NCBI GenBank assembly: GCA_016176525.1
Contig: JACOWZ010000003.1
Span: 192,001 to 256,000 of the forward strand
Length of the DNA stretch: 64,000 nt
Reading direction: 5' to 3'
Source: Candidatus Colwellbacteria bacterium
GTDB lineage: Bacteria > Patescibacteriota > Minisyncoccia > UBA6257 > Colwellbacteraceae
Below are positions 21,419-29,264 of this stretch, in pieces (position 1 is the first letter of the stretch; each line of letters begins with the position of its first letter). Below the pieces are notes generated by a model. It had not been told where the DNA came from. It did no database searches and saw only the letters and a list, made by a program, of their open reading frames with translations. A program made the position numbers and the translations under genes.

Positions 21419-21493
21419 GCGCGCTTAGCTCAGTGGCAGAGCAACTCGTTTACACCGAGTGGGTCGGGGGTTCAAATCCCTCAGCGCGCACCA
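21419..21493 (+). tRNA. tRNA-Val(TAC), CCA encoded
   Basis: Acceptor GCGCGCT/AGCGCGC, anticodon arm ACTCG-TTTACAC-CGAGT, GGTTCAAATCC, ACCA. Confidence 0.96.
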
Positions 21494-21662
21494 AAATAAA
21501 AAGCTACACATTGTGAGTGATCTTTCATTTTGAATATATCTGGGATTTGAACGACCGCAGCTCTAATTTTCAGCAGAAAATTTGAGCGAGGGGCGGCCTG
21601 CGAGCGCGAGGAGCGACGGCGACGAGCGACTTGTAGGGCAAATCCCTCAGCGCGCACCAAAA
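21494..21662 (+). repeat. tRNA-Val-associated structured element ending in a duplicate of the tRNA 3' end
   Basis: CAAATCCCTCAGCGCGCACCAAAA at 21473-21496 and 21639-21662; inverted T-arm copy GGGATTTGAAC at 21542-21552; internal hairpins. Confidence 0.8.
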
Positions 21663-21754
21663 ACTTGACTTGAAAGAATTTTTATGCTTTTTTAACTGCG
21701 GCAGGGCTTGTCCCTCGCCAAACGAACACTACAAAACTGAATAGGTGAAACAGA

Positions 21755-22669
21755 ATGGCAATCCTAGAAACCATACAGGGAATTCTCTTGGCTATGTGGA
21801 TCGCGATTGTGCTTTTCTTGCTCTCTGGCTTTTTCTTTATAGATGACAAGAAAAAAATCAGGGTCTTCATAGTGCGGGAACAAAGCGCCGCAATCATGGA
21901 ACGCTTGGGCAAATTTAAAAGAGAAGTGCGGCCAGGTTTGCACTGGAAAATACCGTTCGTGGACAGAATCGCGGCGATCCTGAACTTGCGCGTACTTTCG
22001 CTGAATTTTTCTGCGGAGCACACGCGAACGAAGGATGAAGTCCTCGTGGACCTCAATTTCTCGGTGCAGTGGCGCATACGGAACGAGCGCGGTATGCCCT
22101 CTGCGGCATACTATGTCCTTTCGGACCTCCAGGCGCAAATTAAAAGCATGGTGTTGGACACAACCCGCACCTTGATTCCGGACACAACCCTCGACAACCT
22201 TTTCACTCGGAAAAATGATATAGCAAAGGAAGTCGAGAGTAAGATCAAAACGCTTATGGACGGCATCTTCAAGGAAAGCCCCGCAACAGAAGCACAGATA
22301 TCAGCGATTGATATCATCAAGGTGCTGATTGAGGATATCAACCCTCCGGAAGCTGTGGCGGAAGCAATGAACGCGATTGAAGCCGAAAAACGGCAGACAA
22401 TTGCGGCGAAGAGCAGAGCCGAAAACGAGCGCAGGCTCAAGGTTGCGGATGCCGAGGCAATGCGCGATGCGATCAAAACAATCCGGGAAGACAATCAAGG
22501 AATGTCTGAACGAGAGATCCTCGCCGCTTTCTTGGAAATGCAGCGCCTTGAGACATGGCGCACAATGGGCGCCGGAAAAACGGTGCTCATCGCCGGCGGC
22601 GACCCCATAACACGAGGCATAGTCGCTGGAAACGAAGCTACAAGAGAAGGGCAGGGCAGGGCCGACTAA
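21755..22669 (+). CDS. SPFH/band 7 family membrane protein
   Basis: N-terminal TM, ERLGKF, PGLHWKIPFVD, TKDEVLV, DINPPEAVAEAM coiled coil. Confidence 0.88.
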   Translation: MAILETIQGILLAMWIAIVLFLLSGFFFIDDKKKIRVFIVREQSAAIMERLGKFKREVRPGLHWKIPFVDRIAAILNLRVLSLNFSAEHTRTKDEVLVDLNFSVQWRIRNERGMPSAAYYVLSDLQAQIKSMVLDTTRTLIPDTTLDNLFTRKNDIAKEVESKIKTLMDGIFKESPATEAQISAIDIIKVLIEDINPPEAVAEAMNAIEAEKRQTIAAKSRAENERRLKVADAEAMRDAIKTIREDNQGMSEREILAAFLEMQRLETWRTMGAGKTVLIAGGDPITRGIVAGNEATREGQGRAD

Positions 22670-22682
22670 AGGCCTCGCAAAC

Positions 22683-22710
22683 GGGAGTTCAAATATGAAC
22701 TCCCTATTTT
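22683..22710 (+). terminator. Intrinsic terminator after the SPFH gene
   Basis: GGGAGTTCA-AATA-TGAACTCCC followed by TATTTTT. Confidence 0.65.
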
Positions 22711-22769
22711 TGTTGCGAGTTTTACTGATTAGGTTAAAATCTGATATATTAATCTACTCCTAATATATT

Positions 22770-23474
22770 ATGGACAAAAAACTGCCAACACATATTGCGA
22801 TAATCCCAGACGGCAATCGCCGGTGGGCAAAGAAAAAAGACAAACCTTCTTGGGAAGGCCATATTAAAGGCGCAAAAACTACAGAAGAGATAATCCGCGC
22901 CATTAATGATTTGGAAATAAAATATGTAACGATTTGGGGCAGTTCGTACGATAATCTTGTAAAAAGGACTTCAAAAGAGGTAGCGGTATTAGACAAGGTT
23001 TACCGCGATGGCGCGGAAAAACTTGCTAAAGACAAGGATGTAGTTAAAAAAGGCGTGCGTGTAAGATTTTTAGGCGAATGGCGCGAGTTCTTAACCCCCA
23101 AAACCATAACCGCAATAGAAAAAACAGAAGATCTAACTAAGAACAACACTAGGCGAGGCCTTACCATACTTATCGCCTACAATGGAGACAGAGAGGTAAT
23201 AAACGCAATAAATAAGCTTGTTAGTCAAACGGCAAACGGCAAAATTAATGAAAACTCAATAAAACAGGCACTTTGGACTGCCGAACTACCCCCTGTTGAC
23301 CTAGTTATACGCACAGGCGGCAATGAGCCACATCTATCTAATGGCTTTATGATGTGGGATACTCGCTATGCAGAACTCTACTTTAGCCCTAAAATGTGGC
23401 CGGAATTCACAAAATCAGACCTAAATAAGGCTTTGGATTACTATGCCAGCCGAGAAAGGCGGTTTGGTAAGTAG
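22770..23474 (+). CDS. uppS: Undecaprenyl diphosphate synthase
   Basis: HIAIIPDGNRRWA, DLVIRTGG, LSNGFMMW, YAELYF, WPEF, RERRFG. Confidence 0.95.
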   Translation: MDKKLPTHIAIIPDGNRRWAKKKDKPSWEGHIKGAKTTEEIIRAINDLEIKYVTIWGSSYDNLVKRTSKEVAVLDKVYRDGAEKLAKDKDVVKKGVRVRFLGEWREFLTPKTITAIEKTEDLTKNNTRRGLTILIAYNGDREVINAINKLVSQTANGKINENSIKQALWTAELPPVDLVIRTGGNEPHLSNGFMMWDTRYAELYFSPKMWPEFTKSDLNKALDYYASRERRFGK

Positions 23475-23486
23475 TGGAGGGAGAGG

Positions 23487-23765
23487 TGTAAAACAACTGT
23501 AAAACATGGGTGTGAAACACTTAAAATGTTTCACACTAGATGTTTCATACCCAAAGCGTGAAACACTGAGAATGTTTCACCTATGGAGAACCTATATATG
23601 TGTGAACGTGAAACATTTTGGAGCCATGTTTATACCAACTTAATTGTTTCACAGCAAACACTTTAGATCTTCTATAAGTAAAAGTCCTCGAGTGTTTCAC
23701 ACTAAGTGTGAAACACACACCATATGTTCTATAGTAGAACATATTTTGAAGTTTTATGTGAAACA
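23487..23765. repeat. Array of TGTTTCAC/GTGAAACA octamers (parS half-site-like)
   Basis: 9 exact copies (23512, 23527, 23558, 23573, 23608, 23645, 23693, 23708, 23758) and about 4 near copies in 280 bp of intergenic DNA. Confidence 0.85.
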
Positions 23766-23782
23766 CTTGGTATACTACGAGA

Positions 23783-24148
23783 ATGACCTATAAATCTGCG
23801 CTTGGGGCTAATGGTGAAAGTATAGCTTGTGAGTACCTAGTGGGTAAGGGATATAAGATCTTGGAGAGAAACTATAGGAAACCTTGGGGAGAACTGGATA
23901 TTGTAGCTGTTTCGCCTGGTAAAACACTTGTTTTTGTGGAAGTTAAGACCGTTGCCGGAATAGACCCAGACTACACCGCCGAAGAACAACTAACCCAGAG
24001 CAAACTCACTAAACTCCAACGGACAGCAAGCCTATATGCAAATAAATACTTTGAAAGACATCCAGACGACGCCGGCTGGCAAATAGATCTAATAGCTATA
24101 AATATAGTGGGTGATGAGCATAGTGTGAAACATTACGAGAATATTTAA
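23783..24148 (+). CDS. yraN: YraN family (UPF0102) endonuclease
   Basis: GANGE..ACEYL..KGYKILERNY, GELDIVA, LVFVEVKT. Confidence 0.92.
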   Translation: MTYKSALGANGESIACEYLVGKGYKILERNYRKPWGELDIVAVSPGKTLVFVEVKTVAGIDPDYTAEEQLTQSKLTKLQRTASLYANKYFERHPDDAGWQIDLIAINIVGDEHSVKHYENI

Positions 24149-24181
24149 AATAAAAAGCGCCCGAGGGCGCGAAAATACGAT

Positions 24182-24415
24182 TTATGTAGCGAGGAGATTA
24201 GGCTGCACGAGCCTGAAGTTGCCGCGATGCGTCTGCCTGATGCTTCCAATCCGCTCCAACTCCTGAAGAGCAACTGAAAACAATCTGTCGCCATCATCAA
24301 CTTCAAGGCGCCCGCAGATATAATCTAGAGACGCCACCATGCCCGCTCGCTCGGCAAGAGCGCGTTTAATCCCATCTTCTGTTGCATTGATTAGTTCTTC
24401 CTGTTCCATAGGCAC
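24182..24415 (-). CDS. Small hypothetical protein, possibly winged helix
   Basis: 77 aa; ALQELERIGSIRQ followed by a short beta hairpin. Confidence 0.5.
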   Translation of the reverse strand: MPMEQEELINATEDGIKRALAERAGMVASLDYICGRLEVDDGDRLFSVALQELERIGSIRQTHRGNFRLVQPNLLAT

Positions 24416-24527
24416 ACCTTTAAGGTACCAAAAAAAATATATAAGAAATAGACTAAGGAGTCAAAGGAGGGTTGTGCGCGCTTTACAAATTGCCGATTAT
24501 CTTCTATTATTTACCCCATTCAACACT

Positions 24528-24776
24528 ATGCCAAGAACAAAAACAGCAAAAAAGGCCTTGCGCCAAAATATAAGAAGGCGCGTAAGGAATTTAAATAGAA
24601 TCAAAAAACTAAAAGCCGAGATTAAGGCGTATAAAAAGACAGGGGATCTTGCTAAGGTTTATTCCGCACTGGATAAGGCTGCAAAAGTAAATCTAATTAA
24701 GAAAAATAAAGCGAGCAGACTTAAATCTCGCTTGTCGGCTCAACTTAAGGCGAAATCAACGAGCGCCTCTTCGTAG
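24528..24776 (+). CDS. rpsT: 30S ribosomal protein S20; start at MPRTKTAKK
   Basis: AKKALRQNIRRR..N, LDKAAK..IKKNKASRLKSRL. Confidence 0.95.
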   Translation: MPRTKTAKKALRQNIRRRVRNLNRIKKLKAEIKAYKKTGDLAKVYSALDKAAKVNLIKKNKASRLKSRLSAQLKAKSTSASS

Positions 24777-25519
24777 TCTAATTTGCCGGACTTTACTGCA
24801 GCATCATAGTCGGCGAGTGCCTCTATTTTGCTACGGTCTTTTAAACCAAAAATGAGCCCGTTAAATATTCTGGCGGGATCTTCTTTATTATCGCTAAAAA
24901 GCTTTTCAAGCGCAGTAAGTTTCTGAGTTGGAGTTCCGCCATATTTTAATGCGCCGGAGAGCGCGAAATAACTGCCGAGTTGCGCAGATTCCAGAGTAGG
25001 TTTTTTCATAAGAGCAACTTTATCAAGCTCTGTAACTATTCCCCATAAATCCTCTCCAAAATTTTCTTCCAGAATTTCTGTGTCTTCCGCACCAAGTTGT
25101 AGACCACGTTCTACGGCCTCGCGTTTTATAAAAGCGCGCAGCTCTGGCCCCTTACTTGGTAAGTCACAAAATCTTTGCACCACATCATCTGCAAGCAGAA
25201 AGTCAAAAGTTTTCGCTGGTTTTTTATCCGCAAGGACAATCAAGATTGTTTCTTTGTCTCCAATGTTTTCTTTTAGAAACTCTTTAACTTCTTTTTTGTT
25301 CTCCGACTCTAGAATATTCTCTACCACCGCAAACTTACGCGGCTCAAACATAGATCTGCTTCCTACAAAATTAAGCAAGCGCTCAAACTCTTTATCTTCC
25401 AGGACATTAAATTGCTCTAAGAACAGAGACGTGCCTTGTTTTTTTGAAGCACTCGAAAGCGTTTCTTTAAGGCGCTTGCCGCGCAAGTAAGAATTGGGGC
25501 CATAGATAAATATAATCAT
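24740..25519 (-). CDS. holA: DNA polymerase III delta subunit, divergent; start at MIIFIYG
   Basis: IFIYGPNSY, SMFEPRK, DLWGIVTELDK, DAAVKSG; next to rpsT as in many bacteria. Confidence 0.75.
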   Translation of the reverse strand: MIIFIYGPNSYLRGKRLKETLSSASKKQGTSLFLEQFNVLEDKEFERLLNFVGSRSMFEPRKFAVVENILESENKKEVKEFLKENIGDKETILIVLADKKPAKTFDFLLADDVVQRFCDLPSKGPELRAFIKREAVERGLQLGAEDTEILEENFGEDLWGIVTELDKVALMKKPTLESAQLGSYFALSGALKYGGTPTQKLTALEKLFSDNKEDPARIFNGLIFGLKDRSKIEALADYDAAVKSGKLDYEEALVDFALS

Positions 25520-25521
25520 GC

Positions 25522-26733
25522 TTATTCGTAAACTGTCTCTTGTTTGGGTATAAGGTTTGGGTCTGTAGGCAGAGTAAGATAAAAAGTTGTGCCCTTGCCT
25601 AAAGTTGATTCTGCCCAAACTGTGCCTCCATGCTGCAAGATTATATTTCTTGCAATATATAGGCCTAAACCCGAGCCAACAGTTTGTACAGCAGAGGCAT
25701 TCTTTGCTCTAAAAAACTTTTTAAATAATTTATCAATTTCTTCTGCGGGAACACCTATGCCTGTATCTTTAATACTTACCTGAATATAGGGTTTATCTTC
25801 TAGCCGTTCAATCTTAACCGTGACGGAACCGTTTTGTACGTTGTATTTTATTGCGTTATCAACAAAATTAGATATTGCTAAGCCTAGTTTTTCCGGGTCC
25901 GCCTTTAAAGGGAGGGGCGCCTCTCCGCCTTTATCAAAATAAAGGTTAACACCCGCTCTTTTCGCAAAAATAGAAGCACTTTGTAAAGAAGAGGTTAAAA
26001 ATTTTATAATATCAATATTTTCAAACTTATAGCCGAATTTGCCTTCTTCTATTTTAGAAACATCCAACATATCGTTAACTATCTTGGAGAGGGCTTTCGC
26101 GGAGCCGAGGCCTTGTTCTGCAATATCTTTGTCATCGAGCGAAACCGAGTTGCTTTTTCTTAAAATATCAAAAGCCCAAAGCACACCTGTGAGGGGCGTG
26201 CGCAGTTGGTGCGCAGCAACGGTTATAAATTCCGATTTCGATTTTAACATCCCTATTTCTCTGGTCATATCTCTTATTACCTTAACAAAACCGTTTTCGC
26301 CTTCTGATATATTGAGGGCTGCAGTATAAACTCGCAATTCAAGCTCGGGGTCGGTAAACGACAAATCTGCAATTTGTGTATTAGATCCTTCTTCTGTTCT
26401 TTCCACAACTTGGGGGGCAAGAGATGGGAAAACAACCTGCACGAGAGTTTTTAGATTTTTATCTTTAATTCTCTCCGGCCCGATTTTTTTGCCGATAATA
26501 TCACTTGCGCTCACACCAAAAATCCTTTCAGCTCCGGGATTAAAGACCAAAACCTTAAAATCGTTGTCATAAACCACAACTCCATCTGCAAGATTATCTA
26601 CAATATCTGCCAAATATCCTTTTATTTCTTTTGCTTCGGCGCTAATTTTCTTAAGTTTAATAACTTGTAAAGCCAGTACTACGCCTAGTGTCACCGCAAT
26701 TAGCGAAACAATTATTAAAAGATAAAATAACAT
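25522..26733 (-). CDS. PAS-domain sensor histidine kinase
   Basis: One TM, PAS, H-box AAHQLRTPL, N-box DNAIKY, DTGIG, GSGLGL. Confidence 0.93.
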   Translation of the reverse strand: MLFYLLIIVSLIAVTLGVVLALQVIKLKKISAEAKEIKGYLADIVDNLADGVVVYDNDFKVLVFNPGAERIFGVSASDIIGKKIGPERIKDKNLKTLVQVVFPSLAPQVVERTEEGSNTQIADLSFTDPELELRVYTAALNISEGENGFVKVIRDMTREIGMLKSKSEFITVAAHQLRTPLTGVLWAFDILRKSNSVSLDDKDIAEQGLGSAKALSKIVNDMLDVSKIEEGKFGYKFENIDIIKFLTSSLQSASIFAKRAGVNLYFDKGGEAPLPLKADPEKLGLAISNFVDNAIKYNVQNGSVTVKIERLEDKPYIQVSIKDTGIGVPAEEIDKLFKKFFRAKNASAVQTVGSGLGLYIARNIILQHGGTVWAESTLGKGTTFYLTLPTDPNLIPKQETVYE

Positions 26734-26743
26734 TTCTGGTTAA

Positions 26744-27622
26744 TTATACCCCGTTCTCTCTCTTTAAGCGCGCTACCAGTCCTTTAAAACCCAACATATC
26801 TAAATATTTTATAAGTTTTTCTGCATCTGGGGTTAAGGCTCGCAGATCTTTAAGCTTAATATCTATTTGCATGCCGGCATCCAATTTAGCAAGCTTCTTA
26901 GACATTAAAGCGCTTTCTTTGCCAGCTACAAGCTTTTTTAACAAAGCGGCATTAGACATGCCAAGCTCTTCAATCTCTTTATACATATCTTCAAGCGTGC
27001 CATATTTTTGTATAAGCATCGCTGCTGTTTTGGGGCCTATGCCTTTTACGCCGGGTATGTTGTCTGATGTATCTCCAACTAAACCCTTATAGTCCGCAAG
27101 TTTCTCCGGAGGCAGCAGAAAACGCTCTAAGACTTTGTCTTCATCGTATGTTATGCTCTCGCTTATGCCTTTTTTAGGCGTGATTGCTACCACTCGTTTG
27201 CCGCGCACTGCTTGTAAGATATCCAAATCGCCGGAGAATATAACTACATTTAAATCGTCGCTAAATTTCTTAGCCAGAGTCGCTACAATATCGTCTGCCT
27301 CCCAGCCGGGGTGTTCAATTCTTTTAATGCCGAGTAAATCAAAAATATTTTTAGACTCAATAATCTGTGGGATAAGAGTGCTGTCTGTTGGGGCCCGTGT
27401 TCCTTTATACTCTGCAAAATCTTTCTCTCTAAATGTAGCCTCCGGCGTGTCGTATGCAGCAACAACATACTCTGGTGCGCGCTCGCGCAGAATCTTTAAA
27501 AGGATGTTTGTAATGCCGTAGAGTGCGCCGGTTGGTTTGCCATCCGGAGAAGTGAAAGGCGGCAAAGCATGGAAGGCCCGGTGTATTAGAGAATTAGCGT
27601 CTATGATGAATAATTCTTTCAT
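26744..27622 (-). CDS. Stand-alone 5'-3' exonuclease (PolA N-terminal domain); alternative start 27637
   Basis: IDANSLIHRAFHALP, YKGTR, EADD, SGDLD, GDTSDNIPGVKGIGPKTA; no polymerase domain. Confidence 0.93.
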   Translation of the reverse strand: MKELFIIDANSLIHRAFHALPPFTSPDGKPTGALYGITNILLKILRERAPEYVVAAYDTPEATFREKDFAEYKGTRAPTDSTLIPQIIESKNIFDLLGIKRIEHPGWEADDIVATLAKKFSDDLNVVIFSGDLDILQAVRGKRVVAITPKKGISESITYDEDKVLERFLLPPEKLADYKGLVGDTSDNIPGVKGIGPKTAAMLIQKYGTLEDMYKEIEELGMSNAALLKKLVAGKESALMSKKLAKLDAGMQIDIKLKDLRALTPDAEKLIKYLDMLGFKGLVARLKRENGV

Positions 27623-28037
27623 GTTGTTTTTCTCCATGTTCTATTTTTATCCAAGCAGTGCCGCGAGGCATAATTTTTTTCACTCTGTCTGCCCATTCCA
27701 CGACTAAAATATTTTTGGGATTTTTAATAATATCAGTAAAACCCAACTGCTTTAGCTCTGCAGCATCAACCCTATAAGCATCTATGTGGATTAGTTTACC
27801 AAATACGGCAGATTTAGGCAGCCTAAAGCTCCTTAAAATTAAAAAAGTTGGGCTTGTCACGCGGCCCTTATAACCAAACGCCCGGGCAAATGCTTTAATA
27901 AATGTAGTTTTACCTGCGCCTAAATGCCCTTGTAAACCGATAATAACGGCTTGCTTCTTGTGTGGCTCTAGCTTGTTTGCCAACTCTTTGGCAAACGCGC
28001 GGGTATGGCGTACGCTCTTAGAAAAGACCTTCTTCAC
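27594..28037 (-). CDS. tsaE: t6A biosynthesis ATPase TsaE; GTG start inferred
   Basis: GHLGAGKTTF, VTSPTF, HIDAYR, VVEWAD. Confidence 0.93.
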   Translation of the reverse strand: MKKVFSKSVRHTRAFAKELANKLEPHKKQAVIIGLQGHLGAGKTTFIKAFARAFGYKGRVTSPTFLILRSFRLPKSAVFGKLIHIDAYRVDAAELKQLGFTDIIKNPKNILVVEWADRVKKIMPRGTAWIKIEHGEKQHERIIHHRR

Positions 28038-29028
28038 TCTTAATAGATAGGTGCTTAAATGCCAAAGGCTCGGCAACACGACCCGAAGGAGTTCTCCTTA
28101 TAAACCCAAGTTTCATCAGGTATGGCTCGTAAACGTTCTCTATAATATCCTCATCTTCATTTAAGCTGGCTGAGATTGTTTTTAACCCAACCGGGCCTCC
28201 TCCAAACTTATTGATTAATGTTTGTAATATTAGCCTGTCGTGGAACTCAAGCCCCATTGAATCAATTTCCAGAACCTCTAACACTTTAATTGCGACATCG
28301 CGCGTAATTTCTTTTAGGTTATGCACTTCGGCATAGTCGCGGGTGCGCTTTAATAGGCGATTTGCAACACGCGGGGTAAAGCGGCTAGCGCGAGCCAGAA
28401 TCTCTATAGCATCTGGCGTAATTTTTATACCTAAAATCTTTGCCGAGCGCGCAAGTATGCGCTCTATATCTTTATTATTATAATAATCCAGCCTAAAAAT
28501 AGCGCCGAATCTGGAACGCAGCGGCTCGGAGAGCATATGCGCGCGTGTTGTTGCTCCAATTAAAGTAAACGGCGGCAGATCAATGGATAAGGTTCTAGCG
28601 CCTGCACCTTTACCAATTACAATATGCAGCTTGCGAGATTCCATAGCCGGATATAAAACTTCTTCAACCGCGCGGTTTAGGCGGTGAATTTCGTCAACAA
28701 ATAAAATATTATTCGGCTCTAGATTGGAAAGTATCGCGGCGAGATCACCCATTTTTTCAATCGCCGGGCCAGTAGTAATTTTAATAGGCATTGCCATTTC
28801 TTTTGCAACTAGGTTTGCAAGAGTAGTTTTACCCAAACCCGCCTGTCCATAAAATAAAAGGTGATCAGCAGTTTCGTTACGCTTCTTAGCAGCTTCTAGT
28901 ATTATTCCGAGATTTCTTTTTACGCTCTCTTGACCGATGTAATCTTCCCAATCGGTAGGGCGTAGAATTGAATCGATATTGTTGTCTTCTGGAGCTTCTT
29001 TAAATTTAGGAGTGGTCTTTTTGGGCAT
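28018..29028 (-). CDS. ruvB: Holliday junction helicase RuvB; alternative start 29052
   Basis: LRP..YIGQ, GLGKTT, FVDEIHR, GATTR, LRSRFG, GGPVGL, RTPSGR. Confidence 0.97.
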   Translation of the reverse strand: MPKKTTPKFKEAPEDNNIDSILRPTDWEDYIGQESVKRNLGIILEAAKKRNETADHLLFYGQAGLGKTTLANLVAKEMAMPIKITTGPAIEKMGDLAAILSNLEPNNILFVDEIHRLNRAVEEVLYPAMESRKLHIVIGKGAGARTLSIDLPPFTLIGATTRAHMLSEPLRSRFGAIFRLDYYNNKDIERILARSAKILGIKITPDAIEILARASRFTPRVANRLLKRTRDYAEVHNLKEITRDVAIKVLEVLEIDSMGLEFHDRLILQTLINKFGGGPVGLKTISASLNEDEDIIENVYEPYLMKLGFIRRTPSGRVAEPLAFKHLSIKSEEGLF

Positions 29029-29062
29029 ATTGCGTATTAATTTTAGCACCATCGATACACTC

Positions 29063-29091
29063 TTGACAAATACTTATAATACTGTTATAAT
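29063..29091 (+). promoter_or_regulatory. Consensus sigma70 promoter with extended -10
   Basis: TTGACA (29063-68), 17 bp spacer, TG-N-TATAAT (-10 at 29086-91); no protein gene downstream on this strand. Confidence 0.8.
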
Positions 29092-29097
29092 GCGCCC

Positions 29098-29264
29098 GCG
29101 AAAGATTAAACCAGAGGCCTGCGGGCAGCGAATCTAAATCTAGATTTAAGGACGGTTTGGTTCCGACTGAGCCTATCCTCGGATTTTGATTCTTATCTCA
29201 AAGCTTATTTATAAGTATTTGAGTGTTGCCCTTCCCGGGTGTGCCCGCAGACCTCTGGTTTTTC
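29098..29264 (+). ncRNA. Candidate structured ncRNA; 6S-like length and closing stem, identity unproven
   Basis: AAACCAGAGGCCTGCGGGCA pairs with TGCCCGCAGACCTCTGGTTT (19/20), followed by a T-run; internal hairpins; promoter upstream. Confidence 0.55.

Noticed and set aside
23487-23765. Possible CRISPR array
   Set aside because: The repeats are only 8-9 bp, occur in both orientations with 6-40 bp gaps, and no cas genes are present.
23581-23766. 61 aa ORF across the octamer array
   Set aside because: No protein features; the repeats are not in a consistent frame.
24339-24527. N-terminal extension of S20, and similar extensions of ppa, holA, yebC, rpmH and the Clp ATPase in the ORF track
   Set aside because: Longest-ORF artefacts; family homology begins at downstream start codons.
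26744-27637. Truncated polA pseudogene
   Set aside because: The exonuclease domain is complete with a clean stop and the next gene starts 10 bp later; stand-alone or split forms are known.
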